Part shown: one piece after another, positions 15,094-64,000 of the stretch
How positions within the stretch are numbered: the stretch's first letter is position 1
Layout of the letters: each line of letters begins with the position of its first letter
Origin: the human T2T-CHM13v2.0 reference genome, Homo sapiens
NCBI RefSeq assembly: GCF_009914755.1
Contig: NC_060941.1
Direction: 5' to 3' (one strand)
Length of the DNA stretch: 64,000 nt
Translations under genes and position numbers: made by a program
Notes under the pieces: generated by a model
Seen by the model: the letters and a program-made list of their open reading frames with translations, nothing else
Database searches by the model: none
Told to the model about the DNA's origin: nothing

Positions 15094-15904
15094 CACACAT
15101 CCCGTGGACAAGGATGCAGATGTGGCCTTTGGGCTTCATTCCCATTCATGCCGGGCAGGGATCTGTTTTCAGGAGGGGCGGAGGCAGCGGGGGCCCCACC
15201 GCCTGCAGGGTTATTTGTCACATTTTGAGCCGTGCTGTTCCCTCACTGGTGACAACAGCCCTGAGCCCCATTTTGGGCTCATGATGCCCTTTTCTTCCCA
15301 GAACAGGAGGCCTCACAAGCCTACCCCTGCCTCTGCCCTCGGCTGCCCGGGGCTTCACATTCTGACTTCTGACGACACCTCCCTTTCCAGGAAGGCAACA
15401 TCAAAATAAGGAATGGGGGCCAGGGTCGGGCGAAGGGACAAGGGGCTCAGGGGGTGGGGAAGCAAGAAGGCAGCGACCCCCAGCCACCCTAGGATGCCGG
15501 GAGGGGGAAGAACCTCAGGGAAAGAAGAGCTCAGACCCCTGCCTCCTTCTCCAGCCCAGGTGTCCTGGATCTGCTGGGCTGCTGTGACTGGGAAAAGACC
15601 TGCTAAGAAGGACGTGGGTTTGAGTCCTGACCCAGCAGTGTAGCAGCCAGGAAACCTCCCCAGGTTACCAGTGGTTCTCTACTAAGGGTGGCTCTGCCCC
15701 AACGGAGGGAGCGTCTGCACATGCATCAGGGCAATCGCGCTGGTCTCAATGACCGGTGGGTGCCTGGGGCGGGAGGGGCATTGGCTGGCAAAGCAGAGTT
15801 CCCTGCCCCACATGCCAACAGCACCCATGAGGCAACACCCATTCTTAACCTCTCAGTGACCAAGGTTCCTCATTTTCGTAAAATAGAAATAAGCCCAATA
15901 GCGC

Positions 15905-16216
15905 GTTTTTTTGTTGTTGTTTTCTGGGGTTTTTCTGAGACAAGATCTTGCTCTGTTGTCCAGGCTGGAGTGCAGTGGTGCAATCTCCATTCACGGCAAC
16001 CTCTGCCACCTGGACTCAAGTGATTCACCCACCTCAGCCTCCCGAGTAGCTGGGACTACAGGTCATGCTACTACACCTGGCTAATCTGTGTATTTCTTGT
16101 AGAGACAGGTTTTACTATGTTGCCCAGGCTGGTCTCAAACTCCTGAGCTCAAGCGATCCACCCGCCTCAGCCTCCCAAAGTGCTGGGATTACAGGCGTGA
16201 GCCACTGCGCCCGGCC
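15905..16216 (-). mobile_element. Alu (AluJ-like)
   Basis: Reverse dimer, diverged. Confidence 0.88.
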
Positions 16217-16285
16217 CCAACAGTGCGTTGGTCGAAGGGCAGCTGTGCACATTGAAGGCCATCCTGCATCTGAGGTACTTGGTGA

Positions 16286-18160
<1,875 letters not shown>

Positions 18161-18465
18161 AGAAGAAGCTCCCACTCCAGGGAGGGAAGACAGCACCCTG
18201 GGACCACTCAGACAACCCTGTAGAGATTCTCCACACCTCCCCTCGCACTCACGCACAGAGAGCTGCAAGGTGGAAGGTGCCGCAGAGACAATGGAACGAC
18301 ACTGGGGGGCAGCCTGAGGGCCACTCCCCATCCCCCACGCCAGTGCTACATCACCTCAGGACCCAGGAAGAGAGGGTGCAGAAATCCTGAAAAGAATTAA
18401 GTGCTTACTTGTCTGGAAGAATACAGCCCTGGGAGTCAGAAGTTGTTACAGAAAATAAAATTACA

Positions 18466-18843
<378 letters not shown>

Positions 18844-19335
18844 TTAGTCACGGGTCCACGTGACCCTGGGCTATCTGGGGTCAGAAGTCAGTCCTGGGGT
18901 CAGCGCCTCTGAGGAGAGGGAGAGGCTGTGCTGTGTACCCCACAGGCACCTTGAGGCCTCTGAGATGGGCAGAGAAGTGAAGGGGCCTCTGGGGAGGAGG
19001 AGCTGGGGACACAGAGTCCCAACAGGGATCACCTGGAAGAGAGGGAGTGTGGTGCTGCCTGTTGTGGGAGCCAGGTCTTGACCCCTGATCCTATCTGGTC
19101 TCTTGGATTCCAGCTAAGGGGCTTTTGTAAGGAGGCTGGAGAGAGCTGGACTGGGCCAGAGCGGGGAGCTGGGGCCTCCTTATCCTGCCTGGCCCCCTGA
19201 GAGGCTCCCGTGTCTTCCACGTTTGGCTCCAATCCCCACCGACCCTTTCTGCTTCTCACTGCCCTCAGCCCCCATCCGCATCCACATGCTGACATGCAGA
19301 AGGGAGAAGCCACATACCAGAGGCACCAAGGAGGG

Positions 19336-19341
19336 TTTATT
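19336..19341 (-). terminator. SCN4A polyadenylation signal AATAAA (3'UTR ~2.2 kb)
   Basis: tttatt on + strand, followed by a GT-rich downstream element (ggtatgtgg) on the minus strand. Confidence 0.8.
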
Positions 19342-19839
19342 GTAAGAACTGTACAAAGGAGCCCGCCTGCTGGCCTGGCGTGGGACCTGTTCCCCACTGG
19401 ACCAGGCAGGAATGGGCATCCGTCTGCAGGGGAGGGGCCACAGGCAGGGAGAGGCCGGACCCGGCTCATCTACTCTTCCTCTGCAACCTGCACACAGTCC
19501 GAGGAGAATATCCAATCAAACAGATTTCTGAGGCTCCAGGGGCTGTGCCAGCCCAGGGCCCAGGAGGGCAAGGCAGAGGGGCAATGTGCCAGGAAGGGGA
19601 GACTGCCCCCATTAGACGAAACTTCTGAAGGAAGAGATGGAAGGAGTGGAGGCCTCCTTCCATAGAGGAGACATAGGCAGGAGGCAGGGAGCAGGGCTGA
19701 GGCCATGGGTGTGACAACGAGAAACAGGAAGGGGAGGAGAGGGGAGTGAGAGAGAGGGCTGTTCAGGCAGGACTGGGAGCAGGTGAGAGAGCATGGTGGA
19801 CAATAAAGACAACTCTGGCCCATAGGCATGGCATGTAGA

Positions 19840-20315
19840 TGTGCACACACACACACACGTGTTCACACACTCAAGCACACATACATGTCTTGTTTTGAAG
19901 GTTTTGCTGCTTCCTGAATTTTAATCAAACTTTTCATGAGAAACAAGAAGAAAAAGAAGAGGCACTTAGGCCAACAGAATGCCCTGAGTACACACCTTAC
20001 CACATGCGTTCACACGCATCCACACACTCACAGCACAGGTCCACTCTCCCAGGCACGGGAACACTCCCAGGGACAGGCCTGCACAGTATGACACACCAGC
20101 CGTACTCCATGGACCTTGAAACAGTCCAGGGCACACATATATACACATATATACACATATATACAAAGATACCCAGACACGTGCATAATGCAGGCTCCAG
20201 TACACAGTGGTTCACACACACACATACAGTCACGCACTTGAACACACACACAGCTATACACACAGGCCTATAAAAGCATACAAGCAGACACACAGCCACA
20301 GGTACACACACAAGT
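19840..20315. repeat. (CA)/(TG)-rich low-complexity tract in the SCN4A 3'UTR
   Basis: Many interrupted cacaca/catata runs. Confidence 0.8.
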
Positions 20316-21545
20316 GAATAAATCCAGCGACGCCTGAGCAGGTCTCTCACCCCTCCTCCTGAGCCAGCAGAGGCCTGGCCCTGCCATGCCCAGAACAGCG
20401 ATGCAGCAGAAGTGCTTCTTCAGGCCACAGGAAGTTGGAAGGTTGAGCCTGAACCAGTTGGGCCTTCCCTGCTGCACGCCCCAGGGTCGAAATATCTAAC
20501 CTGAGCTCAACTGTACATTCTTAGGATCACTTTGGGGAGAGAGGTGGGAAAGGTGAGAAAGAGACGGGCGTGGGGAGATGAGAAGGGAGATCTCTGAGGC
20601 TGGATGAGGCTCCTGGAGCCCTGGTGGTGCTCACGGAGGAGTGAGGCAGGGAGAGAGGGAAGGGGCGAGAATCTTCTTACTGAGCAGCAGGTCCCTGACT
20701 CCCGCTCAGGTCTGGATGCTCAGGCCATGTGCAGCGATCCAGCTGGCAGGACCCAGCCTGTCTCACTCCCCCGTGCTTCCTAGAAAAGGACAATTCATTC
20801 CCAAGTGGCATCCTTCCTTCTGCTCTTCCCCTAGGGGCCAGCCAGGGGAGCTACGGACCTGGACGTGGCCTAGGAAGAGGTTTCAGGAGTCACCATCCCA
20901 GCCCAAAGCAGCAGGATCCAGTGGCCAATCAGGTTTTGAGGCTTTGAGGAGCTATTTCTGAACCAGTCACATTTCCCTTTTCCAGGGAATTCCTGAGCTG
21001 GCCTGGTGGGTGAAGCTGCACCCCAGAGTCAAAGGGGGTGGGCTGGCAGTGCCCTGGGGTTAGGTGTCTGCACTCCCTGAGGTTAAGACATCTTTGTCTG
21101 GGCTGGGGCTGAGGGGTCTGAGCCACTTCCTGGGGAGAGGCCAGTGACCCTTAAGACTCTGGTGATGGGGGGCAACTGATCCCTCCACCGCAGGCCAGCT
21201 CCTCCTCAAGTGAGGGGCAGAGATTCGAATGTTCTGACCTCCCCCAGGCCAAAAGGAGGGGCGACAGGGCCCAGAGGAGGTCAGAGCAACTTGCAGGTTA
21301 AATCTTGGAGGCAGGGGCCTCAGACCCAGCATGGAGCCCCTGAGCGCAATTCCCATTTCCCATGGTCTGGGAACGCAGGCGCTCGGGCCTGGGTGTCAGC
21401 CCCAGTGTGGCCAAATCCTGTCCCCCATCAGGGAGCCAGGCACAGTCCCAGATTCAAAGCCCTCCTCCCTCACTCTGTGTGCAGGCACCACGGGGGAGCT
21501 CTGGGGACTATGCCGAGACTCAGTGGGCCACCCCGATGCTGCCTG

Positions 21546-54200
<32,655 letters not shown>

Positions 54201-56047
54201 GCAAAAAGGTTGCTGTGATTGATTAGTGATGTCTGCCAGGGGCGCAAGGAGGAAGACCGTGGTGCCTCTGCCTGTGTTTGCCATCCCTGGCCTGGAGGGA
54301 AGGGAAAAGAAAGATGGGGGTGGGTGTGGATTCCTCTTTCCTGATCTTTGGGGTACTTGGTGTTGGGCTGGGAGAGGGAAGAAGAAAGGGCCCTGGGCCC
54401 GGCAGGGGTCTCCTAGCAGTTCCCTCCCACAGCCCTGGGGGCTCTAGCCCACTGGGCAGGCAGGGTGAACTGGGAGAGGAACATTGCATCTGGAGAGCTG
54501 CAGGTGCTAACGTGGAAGAGAAGACGTACAGGGAAGGTCACAGGGACAAGGAGATGGACAACTCCAATGGTGGGGGCAGGGCTAGAGCTCCTGGGGACTG
54601 CTTTTGGCTGGTGGTCCCAGCACAAGCTGGATTGGGGGAAGGGGCATCCACAAGGAGCCTTTGATGCCTGTGAGCATTGTGTGGTCTGGGCCCCACCTGG
54701 CCCCTCTCCCCTTCTGCCCAGCCCTCCAGAGCCTATTCCTGTGGAAGGGAAGGGGGATCACTTATTGCAAATGGCCCTGGGGGAATGACCACATCAGCAG
54801 GCAGTTGCAGTGAGACCCCTGCAGACCAGCTGCAGGCAGCCACTGCCAGACCCACATGGACAGACCTGGAGCCACCCCTGCACCACAGGGACCTGGACAG
54901 ACCCCTAGAGACCCCCAAAGCCACACCTGAGGGTGGACCTCTCCCAGTGGGCCTTGACCCTTGCAGCAGCGCCCCTGCCCTGGTCAGCACGGGCGCTTCT
55001 CAGGCTTGCTCAACAGGTGGGGAGGGTGGCCAGGGAGAGGCCAGAGCCACTGGGCAGAGCTGGCCACGCCCTTGTGCCTGGCTCCCAGCTGCTCCTTACA
55101 GCACCCAGGGAGTCGTGTTTCCACGGGGATGACTCTGCTTATTCCTGCCAACCCTGCCCTCAGCTGCTCACTGGCCCCTGTCGTGAGCGTGGGCGTGCAT
55201 GTGCACACACTTGCACACACAGGCACATGCACGCACACCCGGCCTGGAGCCACCCCACATGCAGACCTTCCCAGTTGCATCTCACAGCTCTGTCATATAC
55301 CTTGCCACCTTCCTCCCCATCACCCACTCCACGTACACCCCCACATGCTGCTTGTCACTACACAGAAGGCGCCAACCAGCCAGATGGCCTTGAAGAGACC
55401 CCAGGGCTGCTGTGCACCCACCCAGTCTGCAGTCCCTGCTGTGATGATCCTCCTGTCCTGATACTGCTCACTCTTTTCATTACACGAGCCCAAGTAGGGC
55501 CACAAAAGCCCACAGACACATAGTCTGGCTCCCAACCCCAGCACTCGAGGAAATGACTCTCACCTGAGTCACCAGAGCTCCCCAGGGGACAGATCCAGTG
55601 TTTTCTTCCCCGCTGGCCCTCCTGAGCTTCCCACACCGCACACCGCCTTTCTTCTTGGGAGCAGGACATCACCTGTGCGTCCGGCCACTCTCCCCAGCTC
55701 TGCTCTGGGACCTGCCCCTTCCCTGCCCCTGGAAGATGCTTCTTCTCTGGGGCCTGCTCTGCAGCCTGTTTTCTTTGCACAGCGTACACCTCTCCCTTCA
55801 AAATGTTCACTTCCTCCTAATTTCCTCTTCTCCTACTCCTCCATTACCCCTGAGGTCTGGCTGTTTTGTAATGTGAGGGGAGGAATGTCCTCACTGGTTC
55901 CACTTGCTGAAGCTGGCTTTGGTTGGTGGCTGCCCGAAGCATCATGGTGGTAGATCTGGCCAGTTCCACACCCTACTGATGCTCCCTCTCCAGTGTCACT
56001 GCCCTCTCCACCCTCCACCCCTCACCTGTTCTGTTCAAATAACCTCC

Positions 56048-56200
56048 CCGCGTGGTGACATGCTCCTGTAGTCCCAGCTACGAAGGCAGGAGGATCCCTT
56101 AAGCTCAGGAGTTCGAGGCTGCAGTGAGCCATGATGGTGCCACTGTCCTCCAGCCTGGGTGACAGAGTGAGACCCTGTCTCAAAAACCAACCAAAGAAAC
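56048..56200 (+). mobile_element. Alu right-arm fragment (FRAM/AluJ-like)
   Basis: gaggctgcagtgagccatgat...cagcctgggtgacagagtgagaccctgtctc. Confidence 0.75.
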
Positions 56201-57918
56201 ACCTCCCACCAGGCTCTCCCCTAGACTGCCATAAATATTTGTAAAGTCACAAATTTCACCCCCTGCTTAAATCTTCAATGGCTTTCCACTGCTTAGGAGT
56301 ACGTCCTAAGCCCTACCCAGGGCTCTCAAGGCCCTCCATGATCAGATCCCTGCCTCATTGCCTACCCTTCCCGCATCCTCTGGCCATGCTACCTCCATTT
56401 TCACAAATGGGCCAAGCTGTTTTCCACCCCCCTGCCCTAACCCCCATGCCTTTGCTTGTGGTTTGCTCTCCTCTCAGAGCACCCATCTTCTTTGTCTCCC
56501 TGGAGAGCTTCCATTCATCTTTCTAGACTCAACCCACACAAGAACCACCTCCTCCAGGAAGCCCTCCCTGGGTACCCTGGCTGGGTGGAACTCTCCCCTT
56601 GTTTGTGTCACCAGCTCAATAAAAGTTTATCAAATGAATAAGTGAGTGAATCACAGGGACACTCTACCTTAGCTCTTTTCTCCTTTAAGCATACCCTGAA
56701 CCTAAATCATAACCAGAAACCATATCTCCTCTGAAATCACCACTTCAAACTCTTCCTTTGCCCCTGCCACCTTCTCAGCTCCTGGCTCAGGGGCCCGGTT
56801 GCTATAATCTTTGGGCACTTTCAGTTCTTTGACCCTGCACTTTCTCCCTTTCCACCTGCTTCTGACTTCATGTCCCTCCTCATCTAGGCTTACTTAGAAG
56901 ATCATCATTCTGGTCCCTCCTCCACAGCTCCCAGGGAGAGATCCCAGAAGGAGGGATCTCTCTCCTTCTATCACACAGTCCTGGGGAACCCCTAACTGCA
57001 TGTCCCCAGCTCTGGTTTTCCAAAGTCAGCCCCGAGCTGGAGAAATGTGGCTGGGGAAATGGTATGACTAGGCTGAGCTCACCGTAAATTCATGGTCACA
57101 TATTCTGGGTTTGTCCTCAATCCTGCCAGCCCTGTAGTGTGGATTTTTCTGGTAGGCTCACTTTTCCACTTTTTGAAAACAACTATTTCATGCCTTCTCC
57201 TCTTTCCTCAGACCTCCGCGCTCCTCCCCATGAGCCTCCCAGCTGATGGTCTTCCCTGAGGAAGGAAGAACCACTACACACACACTGTCAAATCCACAGA
57301 ACCATCTCCCCATCCCACCCCGTCTTCCTCTATCCTGTTAGAATAATAATAAGAAGCAAGGGTCAGGCTTTCCTGGGGCTCAGGACCCCAGCCCCTCTTG
57401 CTTCTCAAAGACCTCTCCAGGTGCCCTCTCTCTACTGCCCATCCACCTCTCCCCATCTGTGAACAGACTCTAGTGTCCCCCACTTTAAAAACAATGGCAG
57501 TGGTGACAAAACTATTCTCCTGGCCCCACACCTCCCTGCATCTATTGCCCTATTTTTCTTTCCTCTTCACAGTAAAACTTCTTGGAAAGTGTCTACACCA
57601 GCTGTCTTGACTTCCTTACCTTTCATTCTCTCTCCAATCCATTCCAACCTGGCTTCCGTTTCCCCTTCAACTGAAACTACTTTTGTCAAGTCACTAACAC
57701 CCTCCCTGCTGCCAAGTCCAGTGAACACGCTTCTGTCCTCAGCTCCCAGAGCCTCTCAGAAGCATGCAGCCCAGTTGGCCACAGCCCCTTTCTGGAAGCA
57801 CCTGATTCTCACAGCCTCCATGGAAGCTGCTTGCTGTTTCCCTTCCACATCCCTGGCTGCTCCGTATCACTTTCCTCTGCTTGTCCTGATTTCTGTCCCC
57901 AATCTCTAATGTTTTTCA

Positions 57919-59392
<1,474 letters not shown>

Positions 59393-60519
59393 TTACTCCC
59401 CGTCACAGGCCCCTGTATTTTCCTTGACATCATATATCATAATTTGTAATCACTGGCTTATTTGCCTTGTGTATTTTTCTGTCACCCTCGCTAGGCTGAA
59501 ATGCCAAGAGAGCAGCGACTGTATCTGTCTTGGTTGCCCTGGCCAGTCCCAACACTGTGCACACAGTAGGCACTTAATAAGTGTCTGTTGAATGAAGGAG
59601 CGAATGGGGCCTTGGATACAGACCTTTCCAGGGACACAATGGATTCTGATATGTTTTGTTGATTCATTCATTCATCCACCCATTTATTCATTCTGTTTGT
59701 GGGCTGGAAGCTGAGCTGGGCATGAGTAGGACAGAAAGCTGCCACAGCTGACAGTCCTGGGGGAGGTGGACGTGGCACACGGTGGCCGAGACACAAGGAG
59801 AAGGTGAGGCCTGCCCTCAAGAGGGGAGTTGACTGTGTTTTGGGAGTTTGAGTGGATGAGGGTTACTTCCAAGTAGGGGAAGGAAAGGTGTGGCTTTTCA
59901 GTTGGGCCTCAAAGGATGAGTGAGTTAGGAACACAGGGAAATGGAGGGGAAGGACATCCCAGGGGACAAGAAGAGCCAGAGCAAAGACAGAGGCAGGACG
60001 CAGGGAACTCACTCATGTGTAGCACAGAAGCTGTTTAGGGGCTTGGGGGCAGGGAAGATGGCAGCTGGGCCAGGGCTTGCTGAAGGCCTGAGGGTCTGGA
60101 CTTCAACCTGCAGCCTCGGAGAGCCCCTCACAGGGCAGGTGGGCTGGGGTGGTGCCATCACTGGCAGCATGTGTGGTCCGCTGGCCCACAATTTCCGTGT
60201 GTCTAGAATAGAGAGCATGAGCTGTGTTGTTTCAACAGGCAGCAGTGGAGGAATGGAAGGACGTCTGGGATGTACGAACTGTGACTTCCTGGCAGGGACA
60301 AAGCACCAACAAAGCTCCCAGAGATAAGGCAGGTGATGGGCTGGCCATCTCCATGTGGGTCCCTAGGCCACAGGCAGGAGTAATGGGGGCCAAGATGACG
60401 GCTCCCGCTCTCCTTCCACTTGCCTCCACCCCTGGGTTATCCCCTGAGATGTGGCAGCTGAGGGTCTGGGGGAGCTCCAAGCAACCTCCTCCCAGTGAAT
60501 TTAAGAATGTTGGAGTCTG

Positions 60520-60808
60520 CTGGGCACGGTGGTTCACGTCCGTAATCCCAGTACTTTGGGAAAGCGAGGGAGGAGGACTGCTTGAATTCAGGAGTTCAAG
60601 ACCAGCTTGGGCAACATAGCAAGACCCCGACCCTACTAAAAAATGAAACAAATTAGCCAGGGATGGTAGCACGTGCCCGTAGTCTCAGCTACTCGGGAGG
60701 TGGGGTGGGAGGATCACTTGAGCTGCAGTGAGATATGATTGTGTCACTGCATGCCAGGCTGGATGACAGAGTGAGACTCTGTCTCAAAAAAAAAAAAAAA
60801 AAAAAAGA
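60520..60808 (+). mobile_element. Alu (AluJ-like)
   Basis: TSD aagaatgttggagtc. Confidence 0.87.
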
Positions 60809-61624
60809 ATGTTGGAGTCACAAGGACTTGAGAGCAACATTTTGCAGATGGAGAAACTAAGGCCCAGAGGGGACCAGGACCCACCCAGAGCTCACATATT
60901 TATTCATTCAACAAACATTTTCTGAGCACCTGCTACAGTGTGCTGGGCTGTGGTCTGGGTGCCAGGGCAGACTGCAGCAGTGGCAAAGTCCCTGTCCTCA
61001 CTGAGCTTGCATTCCAGAGGGAGGGGGCAGGCAGTAAATAGGGAAGCAAATAAGATAATTTTAGAGAGTGATAAATGAGAGGCTGAGCCAAGACTCAAAC
61101 CCAGCTCCTCAGGAGCCAGGGCTGGAGTCCGTTTCACAAGCAAAAAGTCCCGTGGAACCTCCATTGAAATGGACGTTTGGGCGGAAGTGGTGGGCAAATT
61201 CAGGCTGTCCTGGGGGCCTGGAAGTGCTGAGCAGACAGGGATGGGGTGGGGGAGGAGGGGTTGGGAATCAGAGAGCCAGGCTGGGTCCAGCTGTCTGTGG
61301 GCAGGGAGCCGAGGCTGAGGACGCTGGAGGGCGAGGCAGCTCTTCTCTGGAGTGGGTCCAGCCCTGCATTGTCTTTCTCTGTGGTGCAGCCAGATCGGAA
61401 CACCCAATTCCAGATATAGTCTGATCACAGAGGCCTTTTCTCCCTGGCCTGAACACCCTTTATGTTCATTCATTCCGGGATGGCATCACTTCTTCCGCAG
61501 CCCAAACAAAGGTGGGGTTTGCAGTCACTCCTAGGTCTTTTCCTCATGAGCTGTGATCTAATTAGGTCTTCCCCTTCTTAGGCACTGTGCAACTGATTTT
61601 TTTCTTTTAAACCCATGTGCACCT

Positions 61625-62830
<1,206 letters not shown>

Positions 62831-63186
62831 ATCCAGGTGCAAGATTTTACATCTTCCTTTACTTAAGTTCCTTTTGCTCATTGCACCTCTTCACCTCCAG
62901 TCCTCTGAAGGTCAGCTGGATCTTGATTTTCCTTCAGTTCAAGGCCATCCCTCACAGCTAAGTGTCTCTGATCCTGTCCCAAATTATTGGCCAGGCAAAT
63001 CTCAGGACAGATCTCCCTCCCTATCCCCATTATATCCTTCTAGAACCTTCCCTCATGGGACAACTACACTTTTGGCAAGAGTTCTTCAAACATCCAGAAA
63101 TCCACCCAGCTGAAGTGCATCAGCCTGAAATCCCCCAAGTGGTCTCACCCATGCCTCTGCCAGCCTGGAATATAAAAGCCACTGTA

Positions 63187-63360
63187 GGGGCCTGTCGTGG
63201 GGCAGAGGGAGGGCAGGAGGGATAGCATTAGGAGGTATACCTAATGTAAATAACGAGTTAATGGGTGCAGCACACCAACATGGTACATGTATACATATGT
63301 AACAAAACTGCATGTTGTGCACATGTACCCTAGAACTTAAAGTATAATAATAAAAAAAAG
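63187..63360 (+). mobile_element. 5'-truncated L1PA 3' end
   Basis: gggatagcattagga..tatacctaatgtaaa...gtgcacatgtaccctagaacttaaagtataat; TSD aaaagccactgta on both sides. Confidence 0.92.
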
Positions 63361-63374
63361 CCACTGTAAGGTAC

Positions 63375-63743
63375 TAATATGGTTTGACTCTGTGTACCCA
63401 CCCAAATCTCATCTTGTAGCTCCCATAATTCCCACATGTTAGGAGGGACCCAGTGGGAGATAATTGAATCATGGGGGTGGATCTTTTCTGTGCTGTTCTC
63501 ATGATACTGAATAAGTCTCATGAAAATCTGATGGTTTTAAAAATGGAAAGTTTCCCTGCACAAGGTCTCTCTCTCTCCTTTCACCTGCTGCCATCCACGT
63601 AAGATGTGACTTGCTCCTCCTTGCCTTCCGCCATGACTGTGAGGCCTCTCCAGCCATGTGGAACTGTAAGTCCAATAAACCTCTTTCTTTTGTAAATTGC
63701 CCAGTCTGGGTATGTCTTTATCAACAGCATGAAAACTAATACA
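63375..63743 (+). mobile_element. THE1 (MaLR) solo LTR
   Basis: t(a)atatggtttg...cccacccaaatctcatcttg...aataaacctctttc...ctaataca; 5-bp TSD ggtac/agtac. Confidence 0.9.
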
Positions 63744-64000
63744 AGTACTCTTTTGGAAGATTGAGAATGAATGTAATCTGCCCCTCACTGCCTTCCCTGT
63801 TAACTCCAGGGCACATCCTTCCAGATGCAGAGGTGGCGGGTTGCTTGCTGGCCTTGCTCAGGCACCAGCCACCTCCCCTCTTGCCAACCAAGCATGCTCT
63901 TCATCTCTAGCAAAGCTGCTAGCCACCCACAAGGATCTAGCTGTTTTCTCTATGGATTGGGAGCAAAATGATCCAGTGCCATCTGTGGCCAGTGGAGACC

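Overview
Human genomic DNA. The gene order matches the chr17q23 GH/CD79B/SCN4A region; the assignment rests on recognising the proteins. Two complete spliced genes lie on the minus strand. CD79B (Ig-beta/B29) has 6 exons, CDS 13024->9991, 690 nt = 229 aa + stop. SCN4A (Nav1.4) has 24 exons, CDS 53616->21546, 5511 nt = 1836 aa + stop. I reconstructed all splice junctions by hand and both frames close exactly. GH1 itself is not in the window; by known gene order it should lie just left of base 1. The window does carry the hGH locus control region: the Pit-1 array of HSI is visible at ~14.5 kb, and HSIII-V are expected in the 3' introns of SCN4A. The rest is Alu-dense, with MIR/L2 remnants, L1 fragments, a MER5A-like element and a THE1 solo LTR. 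I see no new gene family or wholly new system. Established oddities confirmed in the sequence: a U12 AT-AC intron, a U2-type AT-AC intron and a NAGNAG acceptor. Best candidates for under-described biology: (1) a 30/32-identical duplicate of the SCN4A exon 10 splice donor 85 nt into the intron, which would add a premature stop; (2) three CAGATGTTC E-box 9-mers spaced 20 and 40 bp apart among the HSI Pit-1 sites; (3) a ~150-bp local duplication of an L1 tail plus unique flank beside HSI; (4) a ~600-bp GC-box array in SCN4A intron 10; (5) a phased CATAAAC array near the expected HSIII position. Repeat boundaries and subfamilies are approximate.
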